Shown: piece by piece, positions 1 to 9,575 of the stretch | Numbering within the stretch: the first letter of the stretch is position 1 | How the letters are laid out: each line of letters opens with the position of its first letter | NCBI GenBank assembly: GCA_963713925.1 | Contig: OY970212.1 | Location: 576,001-640,000, forward strand | DNA: 64,000 nucleotides | Reading direction: 5' to 3' | Origin: an uncultured bacterium | Lineage (GTDB): Bacteria; Babelota; Babeliae; Babelales; Vermiphilaceae | Notes under the pieces: generated by a model | The model's input: the letters and a program-made list of their open reading frames with translations, nothing else | What the model was told of the DNA's origin: nothing | Database searches by the model: none | Position numbers and translations under genes: made by a program

Positions 1-954
1 TCGTGCCCCAACATCGTGGAAGAAGATCTTCCGGTTGGTGGTAAAGAGGCAAATGAGGTTGTCAAAGTAGTTGGGCAAAAGAAAGAATTTTCATTCAATC
101 CGCAAAATCATTTGGAAATTGCCACTAAGTTAGGGTGGCTTGATTTTCATGCCGGCTCCGTCATGACCGGCAGCCAATTCCCGCTCTATCGTGGTGTTGG
201 GGCGCAATTGCTGTACAACCTTACCATGTTTATGATTCAAAACAACTTAAAGCATGGGTATGAGCTTATTTTGCCGCCGGCATTAGTCAATGAAAAATCT
301 CTTGAATTGGCGAGCAATTTCCCCAAATTTAAAGACCAAGTCTACGCCGTTACGGAAGATCATTTATATCTCATTCCAACGGCGGAAGTGAGTCTTACAA
401 ATCTCTATAGAAATCAAATACTATCCGGTGAACAATTGCCGATTCGCATGACTTCGTGGACGAGTTGCTTTCGAAGAGAGGCAGGAGGCCATGGAGCTAC
501 CGAGCGTGGATTGATTCGAGTGCATCAGTTTGAGAAAGTGGAGTTATACACTATTTGCAAACCGGTCAATGCAAAGGAAGAGCAAGAACGAATGCTCGCC
601 TGCGCAGAAGATATTTTGCAACAACTGGGGCTGCATTATCGCATCAGCTTGCTTGCAACGCAAGATTGTTCATTCCCGTCAGCGCGCACCTATGATATCG
701 AAGTCTGGCTTCCGGGGCAAGGGCAATATTATGAAGTTTCTTCGGTGAGCAATTGCACCGACTTTCAAGCGCGCCGTGGCTTGATCAGATTTAAGGAAAC
801 TCCCGACAGCAAGCCCGAGCTTGTTTATACGCTTAATGGATCATCGCTTGCTTTGTCTCGCCTCATGGTTGCTCTTTTTGAAACATATCAACAAGCTGAT
901 GGTTCGGTTGCATTTCCTGAAGTCATTTCAAAGGGTGTGTTTAAGTTATCTTAA
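1..954 (+). CDS. serS: Seryl-tRNA synthetase (5' end outside window)
   Basis: Class II aaRS motifs LIPTAEV, CFRREAG, GLIRVHQFEKVE, EVSSVSNCTDFQARR, TLNGS. Confidence 0.97.
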   Translation, partial: SCPNIVEEDLPVGGKEANEVVKVVGQKKEFSFNPQNHLEIATKLGWLDFHAGSVMTGSQFPLYRGVGAQLLYNLTMFMIQNNLKHGYELILPPALVNEKSLELASNFPKFKDQVYAVTEDHLYLIPTAEVSLTNLYRNQILSGEQLPIRMTSWTSCFRREAGGHGATERGLIRVHQFEKVELYTICKPVNAKEEQERMLACAEDILQQLGLHYRISLLATQDCSFPSARTYDIEVWLPGQGQYYEVSSVSNCTDFQARRGLIRFKETPDSKPELVYTLNGSSLALSRLMVALFETYQQADGSVAFPEVISKGVFKLS

Positions 955-986
955 CCAGTCTAGGTTTCCGTTGAGTTTTTGAAAAG

Positions 987-1141
987 GTTCGTATGGTTCG
1001 ACTTCGCATTGCTACGCTCACCACGAACGGAAAAAAATGAAAAAAAGATCAGGTCATAGCAAAGTCACCGTTCGTGGTGAGCGAAATGTAATGAAGTCGA
1101 ACCATACGAACGACGGGCCCCATGCGTAAGCGTGGGTAAAA
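987..1141. repeat. Palindromic repeat cluster: family A inverted pair (987-1030, 1068-1111) plus family B copy (1115-1141)
   Basis: GTTCGTATGGTTCGAC..CTCACCACGAACGG and its reverse complement, followed by GGGCCCCATGCGTAAGCGTGGGTAAAA; related copies near 14.6, 50.7 and 58.7 kb. Confidence 0.9.
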
Positions 1142-1184
1142 CGATGCAAAATGAAAATAGGTAAGAGCATTGTAAAGGAGATGT

Positions 1185-2048
1185 ATGGATCGTAGTATGA
1201 CTCATTTGTTACATCAGATAAAAATTGAAAGCAAGCGCATCGCAATGATATTAGATGCCGGCACGTCTCGATCTGTTGTCAAAGGCGCGGGGTTTGATTT
1301 TGATCAGCTGCGTGAATATGAAGCGACCGATGATTACCGCATGATCGATTGGAAAACGAGTGCTCGATGCAACCAAGTGTTGGTGAAACAGTTTAAAGAA
1401 GAAAAAAGTCGAACCTTTTTGCTTGTTTTGGATGTTTCCTGGTCAATGCGATTTACGAGCACCAAAGAATCAAAAAAAGAGCTTGGTTCATATCTGACCT
1501 TGTTAATAGCGCATGTTGGCCATTTTTTGAATGATAACATCGGGCTCATCCTATTCTCTGATAGAATTGAGTGTTACATTCCACCGGCTCGGGGCAGAAA
1601 TCATTTGCAAGCGATTATCGACGCAATTACGCGCCATGCATCAAAAGGAAAACAAACGAATCATCGACTTTTGTTTGAACATATCATGAGCTTGGCAAAG
1701 AAGAACTGGATTATCACATGCGTTACCGATGGTGTTGATACGAGCTGCGAGCAACAGTTGCGCATATTGAATAAAGTGCATGATGTGAGGATGATCATTG
1801 TTTCAGACGAAAAAGAAAAAAAATTGGCTGACGGTCCGTTGATTCATATGCAAGATATAGAAACGGGAACTCAAATATTGTGCAATATGTCTCACAATAG
1901 CGCCATTAATAAGATACTTACTTCTCGAGTTGAACAATGCAAGAAAACAGTCTCAAGCGCTCGAGTTCCAACCCTCTGGATCGACACGCACGTGCCATAC
2001 ATACCGAAACTGATTGAATTTTTTAAACGAAATATAACCGTAGCATAG
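1185..2048 (+). CDS. DUF58 family (vWA-type, MoxR-associated) protein
   Basis: GFDFDQLREY..DDYRMIDWKTSAR, LVLDVSWSM motifs. Confidence 0.88.
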   Translation: MDRSMTHLLHQIKIESKRIAMILDAGTSRSVVKGAGFDFDQLREYEATDDYRMIDWKTSARCNQVLVKQFKEEKSRTFLLVLDVSWSMRFTSTKESKKELGSYLTLLIAHVGHFLNDNIGLILFSDRIECYIPPARGRNHLQAIIDAITRHASKGKQTNHRLLFEHIMSLAKKNWIITCVTDGVDTSCEQQLRILNKVHDVRMIIVSDEKEKKLADGPLIHMQDIETGTQILCNMSHNSAINKILTSRVEQCKKTVSSARVPTLWIDTHVPYIPKLIEFFKRNITVA

Positions 2049-2058
2049 GGGGACTACT

Positions 2059-2553
2059 ATGCAAGAACCAAAACTGATCGATATATATCCGGTGGTAGGA
2101 AAGTCGTTTGAGTATTATTTCAGTATAAAAACGATATTATTGGGCGTTGGATTATTTGTCTTACTATTCGGCGTCTTAGGTGCGCTCGCCTATTATCTCT
2201 ATCGATATTATACGAGTGCTCACAATCGAGCGCGTCGCGATTTGAAGCGCTTGAAAAATGAACCATGTGCTACGCAGGCTCAGGCAAAGGAAGCTATTTC
2301 TCACGTTTCCCACATCGTACGTCGGTTTTTAATACAAAAATATTCATTGTCATCAACAGGCATGACTGATGCGGAACTTATTTCATTTTTGAAGACAAAA
2401 ACCTCTGATCGGGGTATTATAAAAGCAGCTGAGCAGCTTCTGCTGGCAACGCAGCATGTTCGATTCTCTCATGAGAGGACGCAAGCCGTTGCGTGTCAAC
2501 AGGCGCGACAAGAGGCAGAGCGGTTTGTTGCTGCTTGTTCTCGCGGTGCGTAG
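2059..2553 (+). CDS. Single-TM membrane protein (DUF4381/Bat-locus-like)
   Basis: N-terminal LIDI motif, one TM helix, GMTDAEL motif, downstream of DUF58. Confidence 0.6.
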   Translation: MQEPKLIDIYPVVGKSFEYYFSIKTILLGVGLFVLLFGVLGALAYYLYRYYTSAHNRARRDLKRLKNEPCATQAQAKEAISHVSHIVRRFLIQKYSLSSTGMTDAELISFLKTKTSDRGIIKAAEQLLLATQHVRFSHERTQAVACQQARQEAERFVAACSRGA

Positions 2554-2592
2554 CTCAGTGGATTTTTGATAAATATGAACTAATATCTTCTG

Positions 2593-3762
2593 TTGAAATG
2601 GATTTTTTCGTTGTTATTTGATTCTCGCGCGCAGACGCGTTCTCTTTATATTCATTGGCCTTTTTGCCCATATAAATGTCATTTCTGTCCGTTCGTCGCT
2701 CTTGCGGGGCACGATCAATTTATGCCACGCTATCATGCCGCGTTAGTCAAAGAGATTGAGCTTTTTTTTGAAGGTAAACCGTATCAGCAGTGGGATACCA
2801 TTTTCTTTGGGGGTGGAACTCCAAGCACCTATCCGGCAGAACTTCTACTTGACATGTTTGGTATACTAAGAAAGCGAGGCGAAATTTCCGAACATACGGA
2901 AATTTCATTGGAGGTTAATCCCGGAACCGTCAAGCCGGGAATGCTTAAGATGTGGAGGCAGCTTGGCATTAACCGGTTGAGTATTGGGGTGCAATCTACA
3001 AAAGATACGGTGCTTAAGGCCCTGAATCGACATCAAAAGGCGACAGACGTTCATGCATTATTAGATGAGGCGCAGGAGCATTTTAATAATTTGTCGGTTG
3101 ATTTGATTTTGGGATTACCGGGAGTAAGCAATGAGGAATGGAAGGATTTGATAGAGCATGTGGCGCAATGGCCGATTAAGCATGTTTCTATTTATTTTTT
3201 GACCATTCATGAAAATACTCCCCTCTATTTCAAAGTACAAAAAAATGAGATTGAAATTCCTGCAGATGAAACCATAATTCCGCTCTTTTATTGGACCATT
3301 GATCGGCTTGAAAAAGCAGGGATATACCAATATGAACTGTCAAATTTCGCGCGACCCGGATTTGAGAGTCGGCATAACAGTGGCTATTGGAATAGAGTGC
3401 CGTATAAAGGATTCGGGATTGGGGCATGTTCTTTTGATGGACGATGCCGGTTTCAAAATGAAAAGAGTCTCATGAAATATGTTGGATCATTGGAAGCAGG
3501 AATGCTGCCAAGTGAAAGCTTGGAAGAACTGACCGGTGATCAAATAAAAATTGAAATTCTTATGCTGGGGCTTCGAAGAAGAGAGGGTATAGCTCGACAG
3601 GAGCTTCTGGCGACTGTGGGGACATCAAGTGAGCGAGTCAAAGAATTTCTTTTGCTTGCACTTGAAAAAGGGTGGCTCGTTGAAGTTGATTCGCGCATTA
3701 AGCTGACGCCAACAGGGATGTTGCTTGAAAATGAAATTATTACTCAGCTGGCGCGAGAATAG
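2593..3762 (+). CDS. hemW: Radical SAM heme chaperone HemW (HemN-like)
   Basis: LYIHWPFCPYKCHFC (CxxxCxxC), FGGGTPS, YELSNFA..SRHNSGYW. Confidence 0.9.
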   Translation: MKWIFSLLFDSRAQTRSLYIHWPFCPYKCHFCPFVALAGHDQFMPRYHAALVKEIELFFEGKPYQQWDTIFFGGGTPSTYPAELLLDMFGILRKRGEISEHTEISLEVNPGTVKPGMLKMWRQLGINRLSIGVQSTKDTVLKALNRHQKATDVHALLDEAQEHFNNLSVDLILGLPGVSNEEWKDLIEHVAQWPIKHVSIYFLTIHENTPLYFKVQKNEIEIPADETIIPLFYWTIDRLEKAGIYQYELSNFARPGFESRHNSGYWNRVPYKGFGIGACSFDGRCRFQNEKSLMKYVGSLEAGMLPSESLEELTGDQIKIEILMLGLRRREGIARQELLATVGTSSERVKEFLLLALEKGWLVEVDSRIKLTPTGMLLENEIITQLARE

Positions 3763-3844
3763 ATTTTTAGTGGTTTTTAAATGTACATATTGGTCCTAAA
3801 AATGAACCAGTTCGTTTTTGGGTATATTGAATGGAGATTATTTT

Positions 3845-4306
3845 ATGGCGAAACATGTTGGTGTTAAGTTACCTGATGATTTGATTGCGGTATTAAAAGA
3901 AGGAAGAACGGTCGGCGTTTTGGCAACGTTTTCAGAAAAAAGTTTGCCGCATACAACGCCAATACAATGTGTCTATCCAAAGGGGTTGGAAAGCATTCTT
4001 ATATCTATCCATAAAGATCATACCGGATACCATAACATGGTGTGGCAAAAAAAGGTGATGATGTGTTTCATGGATGAAGGTAACGTAGCTTACAGCATTT
4101 TAGGGCGTGCAGGAGTAGTTAGAGCTCCATCATTAGTGCATCCATTGATGAATGTTGTGAGGATTGATATTATCGACATCAAAAGCGATCGCTCAGTTTT
4201 AACTCGGGTTGATTCAGGTATTGCCTGGTCGTATACCTCCCCTGAAGCTGAAGAGTTATCGGTTGCATTAATGGATGAACTTCGAGAGCTTGCGAAAGTT
4301 CTCTAA
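3845..4306 (+). CDS. Pyridoxamine 5'-phosphate oxidase-like (FMN split-barrel) protein
   Basis: VLATFSEKSLPHTTPI pattern; ATG at 3845 with GGAG RBS. Confidence 0.6.
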   Translation: MAKHVGVKLPDDLIAVLKEGRTVGVLATFSEKSLPHTTPIQCVYPKGLESILISIHKDHTGYHNMVWQKKVMMCFMDEGNVAYSILGRAGVVRAPSLVHPLMNVVRIDIIDIKSDRSVLTRVDSGIAWSYTSPEAEELSVALMDELRELAKVL

Positions 4307-4325
4307 AAATAGGTAAGGAGTGAGT

Positions 4326-5903
4326 ATGCGCATGCGATTTGTAGTTTTATCCCTGGTAATGCTTTTGAGCTATAGTCCGATCGTTTGGTCGGCTGAAAAG
4401 CATGATGATGAGACGCATGAGGAAGCAGAAGAATCTGCCACTCAAGCAAAAAAAGAGGCTACGCCTGCTCCATCAAAAGAAGAGGCAGCTCAAAAAACAC
4501 CGGAAAAAACTGCAAGCAATGGCGCAGCTCCTACAACATCAAATGCTGCTGCAAAACCGGCTGAGAAACAAGCAGAGGCAGCAGCAAAACCGACTAATGG
4601 TGGGGCAAAACCCGCAGAGACCACAAAAGCTGAAGCTCCTGTTGAAGAAAAAACAAAACCAAGCGAGCAAAAGCAACCGAGCGGTAAAAAAGAAACAGGG
4701 CCTTCAGCTATATTAAGTCCCGCTGTTCCAGCAAAAGAAGCAAAAGAAGAGAAGAAAGAAGAATCCGCCGCTAAATCCGACTCCGCCGACGCTAAAGCTA
4801 AGGCCGTGCCCGGCAAAGCTGCAAGCGGCGACGTGGCGGGACAGGCAAAACCGGAACTTCCGGCCTCACCAAATCTTGCGCCGGTTCCTGAAAAAAAGCC
4901 TGAATCAAAATCGGTTCACGAAGAACCTCAAGGGGAGGCGGAAGCGATAAATATCGATACGCTCAACTTGGAAGAACCGCGCGGCAATTGGTTGCTCAAG
5001 CGTCGCTGGTGGGAAGAGTCTGAACGGTTATATGAAAAAATTCAGGCGATTAGCATTCGTATCGATGATATAAAAATGGCCTTTTATCAACAACGCAGCA
5101 CACTTGATCGGGAAGTATTCCCTCATTTTTATCAAAACATTGGCATCGGAGAAGGCCAATTGACGCAATTACTTGCGACGTTGAGCTCAGAAGTCATTGA
5201 TAAACATGTTCTCGCAAACAAAGAAAAAGAAGATGCGTTGGAGCGTCCGCTCATTAATCGCATGAAGGCGGAAAAAGAGAATCTCGAGCGGCTACAAAAA
5301 ATGGTGAAAGCTGTTGAAACGTATGATGTGGCAATGCAAGAAGCCCTCCTTAAATTGCGTGACCAAGTAAAAATTGCTCGTCGTTATGAAACGGAAGCAT
5401 GGGAAACCTTCAAAAATATCGCACGAGAACTGTCAGACAGAAAAGCATACGAGCATTATTATGCGGTCAAGGGATATTTAGGCAGCATCAAAGACATAGA
5501 ATCATATCTAAAAGGTGCCTTTGGCGATTATTTCAATATGCTTGATGGAAAAATTAAGCAAGAAATTGCGCAAGTGCAGAGGCTGATGGCTGACTTGCAA
5601 AAACGCGGAGTCGACTTGAAAAGGGATGCGCAAGCTCTTGAAGATATGTTGAAAAAGAAAAAAGAAGAAGAGTCAACTGAAGAGGAAGAAGAAACCGTGC
5701 AAGAAGGTTCGATTCTGTCATATATCACCTGGCCATTTGTGACCGCTTGGGCAGGTATAAAGTCGGCATTCTCTTCACTGATTTCCCTATTTTCAAATAC
5801 ATCGCAAGAGGAAGAAGAAGAAACGAGCGAGCCGGAGCCTACTTCAGCGCCAAAGACTAAATCGAACATAAAGGCGCCAACTCCTGCATCAAATGAGAAA
5901 TAG
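4326..5903 (+). CDS. Secreted protein: low-complexity A/K/E/P N-terminus, coiled-coil body, C-terminal hydrophobic segment
   Basis: Signal peptide, long ORF, AAGGAG RBS. Confidence 0.75.
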   Translation: MRMRFVVLSLVMLLSYSPIVWSAEKHDDETHEEAEESATQAKKEATPAPSKEEAAQKTPEKTASNGAAPTTSNAAAKPAEKQAEAAAKPTNGGAKPAETTKAEAPVEEKTKPSEQKQPSGKKETGPSAILSPAVPAKEAKEEKKEESAAKSDSADAKAKAVPGKAASGDVAGQAKPELPASPNLAPVPEKKPESKSVHEEPQGEAEAINIDTLNLEEPRGNWLLKRRWWEESERLYEKIQAISIRIDDIKMAFYQQRSTLDREVFPHFYQNIGIGEGQLTQLLATLSSEVIDKHVLANKEKEDALERPLINRMKAEKENLERLQKMVKAVETYDVAMQEALLKLRDQVKIARRYETEAWETFKNIARELSDRKAYEHYYAVKGYLGSIKDIESYLKGAFGDYFNMLDGKIKQEIAQVQRLMADLQKRGVDLKRDAQALEDMLKKKKEEESTEEEEETVQEGSILSYITWPFVTAWAGIKSAFSSLISLFSNTSQEEEEETSEPEPTSAPKTKSNIKAPTPASNEK

Positions 5904-5948
5904 TTTTGCGGCGATATACAGGTTTTTTTTGATAATTAACTTTTATCG

Positions 5949-5984
5949 AGCTCGGTTTTTGTGCAAGCAAAAACCGAGCTTTTT
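5949..5984 (+). terminator. Intrinsic terminator
   Basis: AGCTCGGTTTTTG/CAAAAACCGAGCT stem followed by T run. Confidence 0.75.
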
Positions 5985-6039
5985 GCTTGATTAATTGCTC
6001 AGATATGGTACATTTACCCCTGAATAATTTTGAAATTCT

Positions 6040-6126
6040 GCCGAGGTGGTGAAACTGGTATACACGCAGCCTTGAGGTGGCTGTGGGAGAAATCCTGTAG
6101 GGGTTCGAGTCCCCTCCTCGGCACCA
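6040..6126 (+). tRNA. tRNA-Leu(GAG)
   Basis: Cloverleaf with long variable arm, anticodon arm CAGCC-TTGAGGT-GGCTG, GGTTCGAGTCC, encoded CCA. Confidence 0.96.
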
Positions 6127-6268
6127 GGCTTCACCTATAAAGGGTTACGCCTGGCGCAGCCAGTTTATAAGGTAGAACAATAAATATTGACAGCACGAAT
6201 GTGAAGCCTGTCCGGCGTAGTTTAATAGTTCCTGAGGTTTTTACTTCGGAGTAAGAACGAAGCCTGGA
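6124..6268. repeat. Family C palindromic repeat on tRNA-Leu CCA plus inverted partner
   Basis: CCAGGC-TTCACC..GGTTAC-GCCTGG-CGCAGCCA; partner GAAGCCTGTCCGGCGTAG..CGAAGCCTGG. Confidence 0.75.
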
Positions 6269-6345
6269 CTAGATCATTTAACCTTATGAATGAGCCTTTC
6301 GTTTTAAATTGCAAAGTTCTGATTTTTTGAGAGTAGGGAGCCGTT

Positions 6346-7878
6346 ATGAGTCTTGCTATGCGTCGTATATTATCATCATCTTTTTTTATCTGGGTTCTTG
6401 CACTCGCAGGAATACTTTTCTTTTTATATCCGTTGAGAAAATCGCTTCGATTTGGGATAGACCTTGTCGGCGGTAGTTATATTATGCTGCAGGCGGATAT
6501 TAAGAAAGCGGTTGAAGCAGATTTAACGAGTCGCTTGACTTCATTAGAATCGATTCTTGGTGATGGTTTTTCTAAAGAAAATGCATCTGTTGTTGGTCAA
6601 ACGCTTGAAATAACCGCACATGACAGTGCGCAAGCTCGTGAATTTGCCGATAGACTTTCCGGTATGTGGAAAGATATGTCGGTGACTGTTGAAGGGTCTT
6701 TGGTTAAAGCAAAATTCACTGATGCAGCCGTCAATGCGATCAGAAAAGATGCGGTTGATAGAAATATTGAAGTACTTCGCTCTCGCCTTGACCAATTAGG
6801 CGCGTCTGAAATTACAATTGCTCCTCATGGTGAGAATAATATTATTATTGAATTGCCCGACGTGAAAGATCCGCAACAAGCAAAAGCGATGATCGGTAAA
6901 GCCGCCGTTTTGGAATTTAGGCTTGTTACCGGGCATGCATACGCTTCAAAGGAAGATGCTATGTATGATTTTGGTGGTGATCTTCCTTCAAATCTTGAAA
7001 TACTTCCCGGACAAGATGGCAGATTCTATGTTGTTTCTCGATATGCGGAAGTGGGCGGGACTTTATTGAAAGATGCGCGCCCCGGTGTTGATCAATATGG
7101 GAAGAGCGTTGTTAACTTCCAATTTAACTCGCAAGGCTCAAATCTCTTTTACGAACTAACCAGTAAGAATATTGGTCGACAATTGGCAGTAGTGCTTGAT
7201 GGAGTTGTTATCACTGCTCCGAAGATCAATAGTGCTATTAGTGACTCGGGGCAAATCACCGGTTCTGGTTCAGTAAAAGAGTCAAAAGAATTGGCGCTTC
7301 TGCTTCGCTCCGGCTCATTTGTTGCTCCCGTTACCTTTGAACAAGAAAGCGCTATCGGGCCATCGTTGGGCGAACAAGCAGTAAAAAATGGATTGCTCGC
7401 ATGTGCAATTGCACTCGGCTTGCTCTTTGTATTTAGCATTTCTTATTACAAAATTCCGGGCTTGTTTGCATTTATCGCGCTTGCCTTTAACATGATTCTC
7501 ATTTTGTTTGGATTGTCTCAATTAGGCGCAACCTTAACCTTGCCGGGCATTGCGGGTATTGTCTTGACTTTGGGTATGGCAATCGACGCATCGATCTTGA
7601 TTTACGAACGAATTAAGGAAGAGCTTGCGGCAGGAAACCCATTGCCAAAAGCAGTTGATTCAGGCTTTTCAAACGCAATGACGGTGATTTTAGATGCAAA
7701 TATTACCACCTTTATCGTAGCGGCAGTTCTATACTGGTTCGGAACCGGACCTGTGCAAGGATTTGCAGTTACTATGATGCTTGGTATCGTATCGACATTA
7801 ATCACTGGTTTGTTCTTCTTAAGATCGATTTTTAGCTTTGCTATCAATAATTTTGCTGTTAAAAATTTGAAATTTTAG
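6346..7878 (+). CDS. secD: Protein translocase subunit SecD
   Basis: FGIDLVGG, IGPSLG, TLTLPGIAGIVLTLGMAIDASILIYERIKEE, DANITT. Confidence 0.96.
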   Translation: MSLAMRRILSSSFFIWVLALAGILFFLYPLRKSLRFGIDLVGGSYIMLQADIKKAVEADLTSRLTSLESILGDGFSKENASVVGQTLEITAHDSAQAREFADRLSGMWKDMSVTVEGSLVKAKFTDAAVNAIRKDAVDRNIEVLRSRLDQLGASEITIAPHGENNIIIELPDVKDPQQAKAMIGKAAVLEFRLVTGHAYASKEDAMYDFGGDLPSNLEILPGQDGRFYVVSRYAEVGGTLLKDARPGVDQYGKSVVNFQFNSQGSNLFYELTSKNIGRQLAVVLDGVVITAPKINSAISDSGQITGSGSVKESKELALLLRSGSFVAPVTFEQESAIGPSLGEQAVKNGLLACAIALGLLFVFSISYYKIPGLFAFIALAFNMILILFGLSQLGATLTLPGIAGIVLTLGMAIDASILIYERIKEELAAGNPLPKAVDSGFSNAMTVILDANITTFIVAAVLYWFGTGPVQGFAVTMMLGIVSTLITGLFFLRSIFSFAINNFAVKNLKF

Positions 7879-7903
7879 TATATTAAAATAGATATTTTTT
7901 CGT

Positions 7904-7980
7904 GGCGACGTAGCTCAGGTGGTTAGAGCGGCGGAATCATAATCCGTAGGTCCGGGGTTCAAGTCCCTGCGTCGCCACCA
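7904..7980 (+). tRNA. tRNA-Met(CAT), elongator type
   Basis: Cloverleaf, CAT anticodon, paired G1-C72 (not initiator), encoded CCA. Confidence 0.9.
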
Positions 7981-8117
7981 GTCTACGCCTTAAGATGGCT
8001 GGCGCTGGAGTGTAGCGAAGGCTACGCCTGGCACGGCCAGACTCGCAAATGAGGTATTTATAGCTACGCCCGTGTGCGGCGAAGCTCTTTAGAGTGAAGA
8101 CGTGCTGGCAGCGGCCA
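7978..8117. repeat. Family C palindromic repeats after tRNA-Met
   Basis: CCAGTC-TACGCC..GGCTAC-GCCTGG-CACGGCCA and a second degenerate copy. Confidence 0.7.
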
Positions 8118-8136
8118 TTTTTTTTAAGGTGAAATC

Positions 8137-8298
8137 ATGATAGATAAATATGGTCTGGGTTTGTTTGAATTCATCTTTGGCCTCATCATTGTTGTAGGTT
8201 TTTACTACATTATTTATCGAGTATTGATATATATCGTTAAGAAAGGCGTCAAAGAAGCCTTAGCTGAGCCATGCGAATCTTGCAAAAAGATAAAATAG
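8137..8298 (+). CDS. 53-aa small membrane protein (below ORF-track cutoff)
   Basis: MIDKYGLGLFEFIFGLIIVVGFYYIIYRVLIYIVKKGVKEALAEPCESCKKIK; AAGGTG RBS; one TM helix. Confidence 0.6.
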   Translation: MIDKYGLGLFEFIFGLIIVVGFYYIIYRVLIYIVKKGVKEALAEPCESCKKIK

Positions 8299-8365
8299 AG
8301 GCTTAAGAGATCTGCTCTGTTTGCTACTGAAGATTTAGTTTTTTCTCTTCATGTGAGATTGTTTT

Positions 8366-8992
8366 ATGATCGCTACTCTCAATTCCATTTCCATACCTCT
8401 CCGTTTAACATTCGCCCGACTTTTCGGCGGTTTGTTGATTATGCCGGTGCTTATCTATCTTTTATTGCCGTATAATCATTTCGTTTTAAATTGCCTTGTT
8501 GGAGCCATTTTTTTTGGCTTCGTTTTCACCGATCTGTTGGATGGATTTTTTGCACGAAGGAATAATCAGGTCAGTGCGTTTGGTGCTTTTTTAGATCCGA
8601 TCGCAGATAAATGTTTAATAATAACAACATCATTAACATTGTTATCGATCAATAAGATGGCTCCCTTTTTTGTCGGAGTCGTTGTCTTGCGCGAATTGAT
8701 TGTTATGTCGTTTCGCCAGCTCGCGCTTGAGCATAACCAACAGTTAACGGTATCTTTTGTTGGCAAATGTAAAATGTTTATGCAATCGATATATATTCTT
8801 TTCTTAATTATAACTCCTTACTATGATGCATGGTATGAAGAGGTGCCTCTTTACTTTCGAGTCCATTATGTGCTCTTATTTGCAACGGTAGGGGTTACGC
8901 TTTTGAGTGGGTTATTATATATTCACCGGTTCTTCAACATGACTTCACTTCTCCGGTTGCATGATTGGAATAATGATGCAGATCGGTATTAA
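8366..8992 (+). CDS. pgsA: CDP-alcohol phosphatidyltransferase (PGP synthase-like)
   Basis: TDLLDGFFARR..SAFGAFLDPIADK signature. Confidence 0.88.
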   Translation: MIATLNSISIPLRLTFARLFGGLLIMPVLIYLLLPYNHFVLNCLVGAIFFGFVFTDLLDGFFARRNNQVSAFGAFLDPIADKCLIITTSLTLLSINKMAPFFVGVVVLRELIVMSFRQLALEHNQQLTVSFVGKCKMFMQSIYILFLIITPYYDAWYEEVPLYFRVHYVLLFATVGVTLLSGLLYIHRFFNMTSLLRLHDWNNDADRY

Positions 8993-9575
8993 CAGTATTA
9001 TTTTCATATGCGCATATCTTATTGGTTCGATTCCTATCGGGTATCTTTTTGCAAAAAGCAGGGGAATCAAAGATATCCGTGAACATGGCTCCGGTTCGAT
9101 TGGAGCGACCAATGTTGCCCGAAATCTGGGAACTCGCTATTTCTTTCTTATCTTTTTTTGTGATGCGCTCAAATCATTTTTTTCTATCGCGCTCATAGCT
9201 TGTCTTTCATCCGAGTTTGTGACATTGTTTGGCGCATCATTGTTTCTTTTGCTTGGAAATGTGTTTCCCATTTTTTTAGGATTTAAAGGTGGCAAAGGTG
9301 TCGCAACTTCTGCGGGCATTATGGCTTTTTTTAATGGCCCGATCTTTTTGTGCGCTGCATGTGGTTGGGCACTATTGCTTGCCTATTTTAGACGAGTTGG
9401 GTTTGCATCAGTGCTTGTGAACGTCGGGGTTGCGAGTGTGTCATTCATTTGGTTGTTGTATGGCGGCCCGCGCTATTTATTTATTTTTATGGTAGCTGCG
9501 CTCCTGAGTTTATTGCTCCATAAACGACATATCAGTGATTTGTATATCCATTATTTTGGAGGACGAGTAGTATGA
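8961..9575 (+). CDS. plsY: Glycerol-3-phosphate acyltransferase PlsY
   Basis: YLIGSIP, DIREHGSGSIGATNVAR, FKGGKGVATSAG. Confidence 0.94.
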   Translation: MIGIMMQIGINSIIFICAYLIGSIPIGYLFAKSRGIKDIREHGSGSIGATNVARNLGTRYFFLIFFCDALKSFFSIALIACLSSEFVTLFGASLFLLLGNVFPIFLGFKGGKGVATSAGIMAFFNGPIFLCAACGWALLLAYFRRVGFASVLVNVGVASVSFIWLLYGGPRYLFIFMVAALLSLLLHKRHISDLYIHYFGGRVV

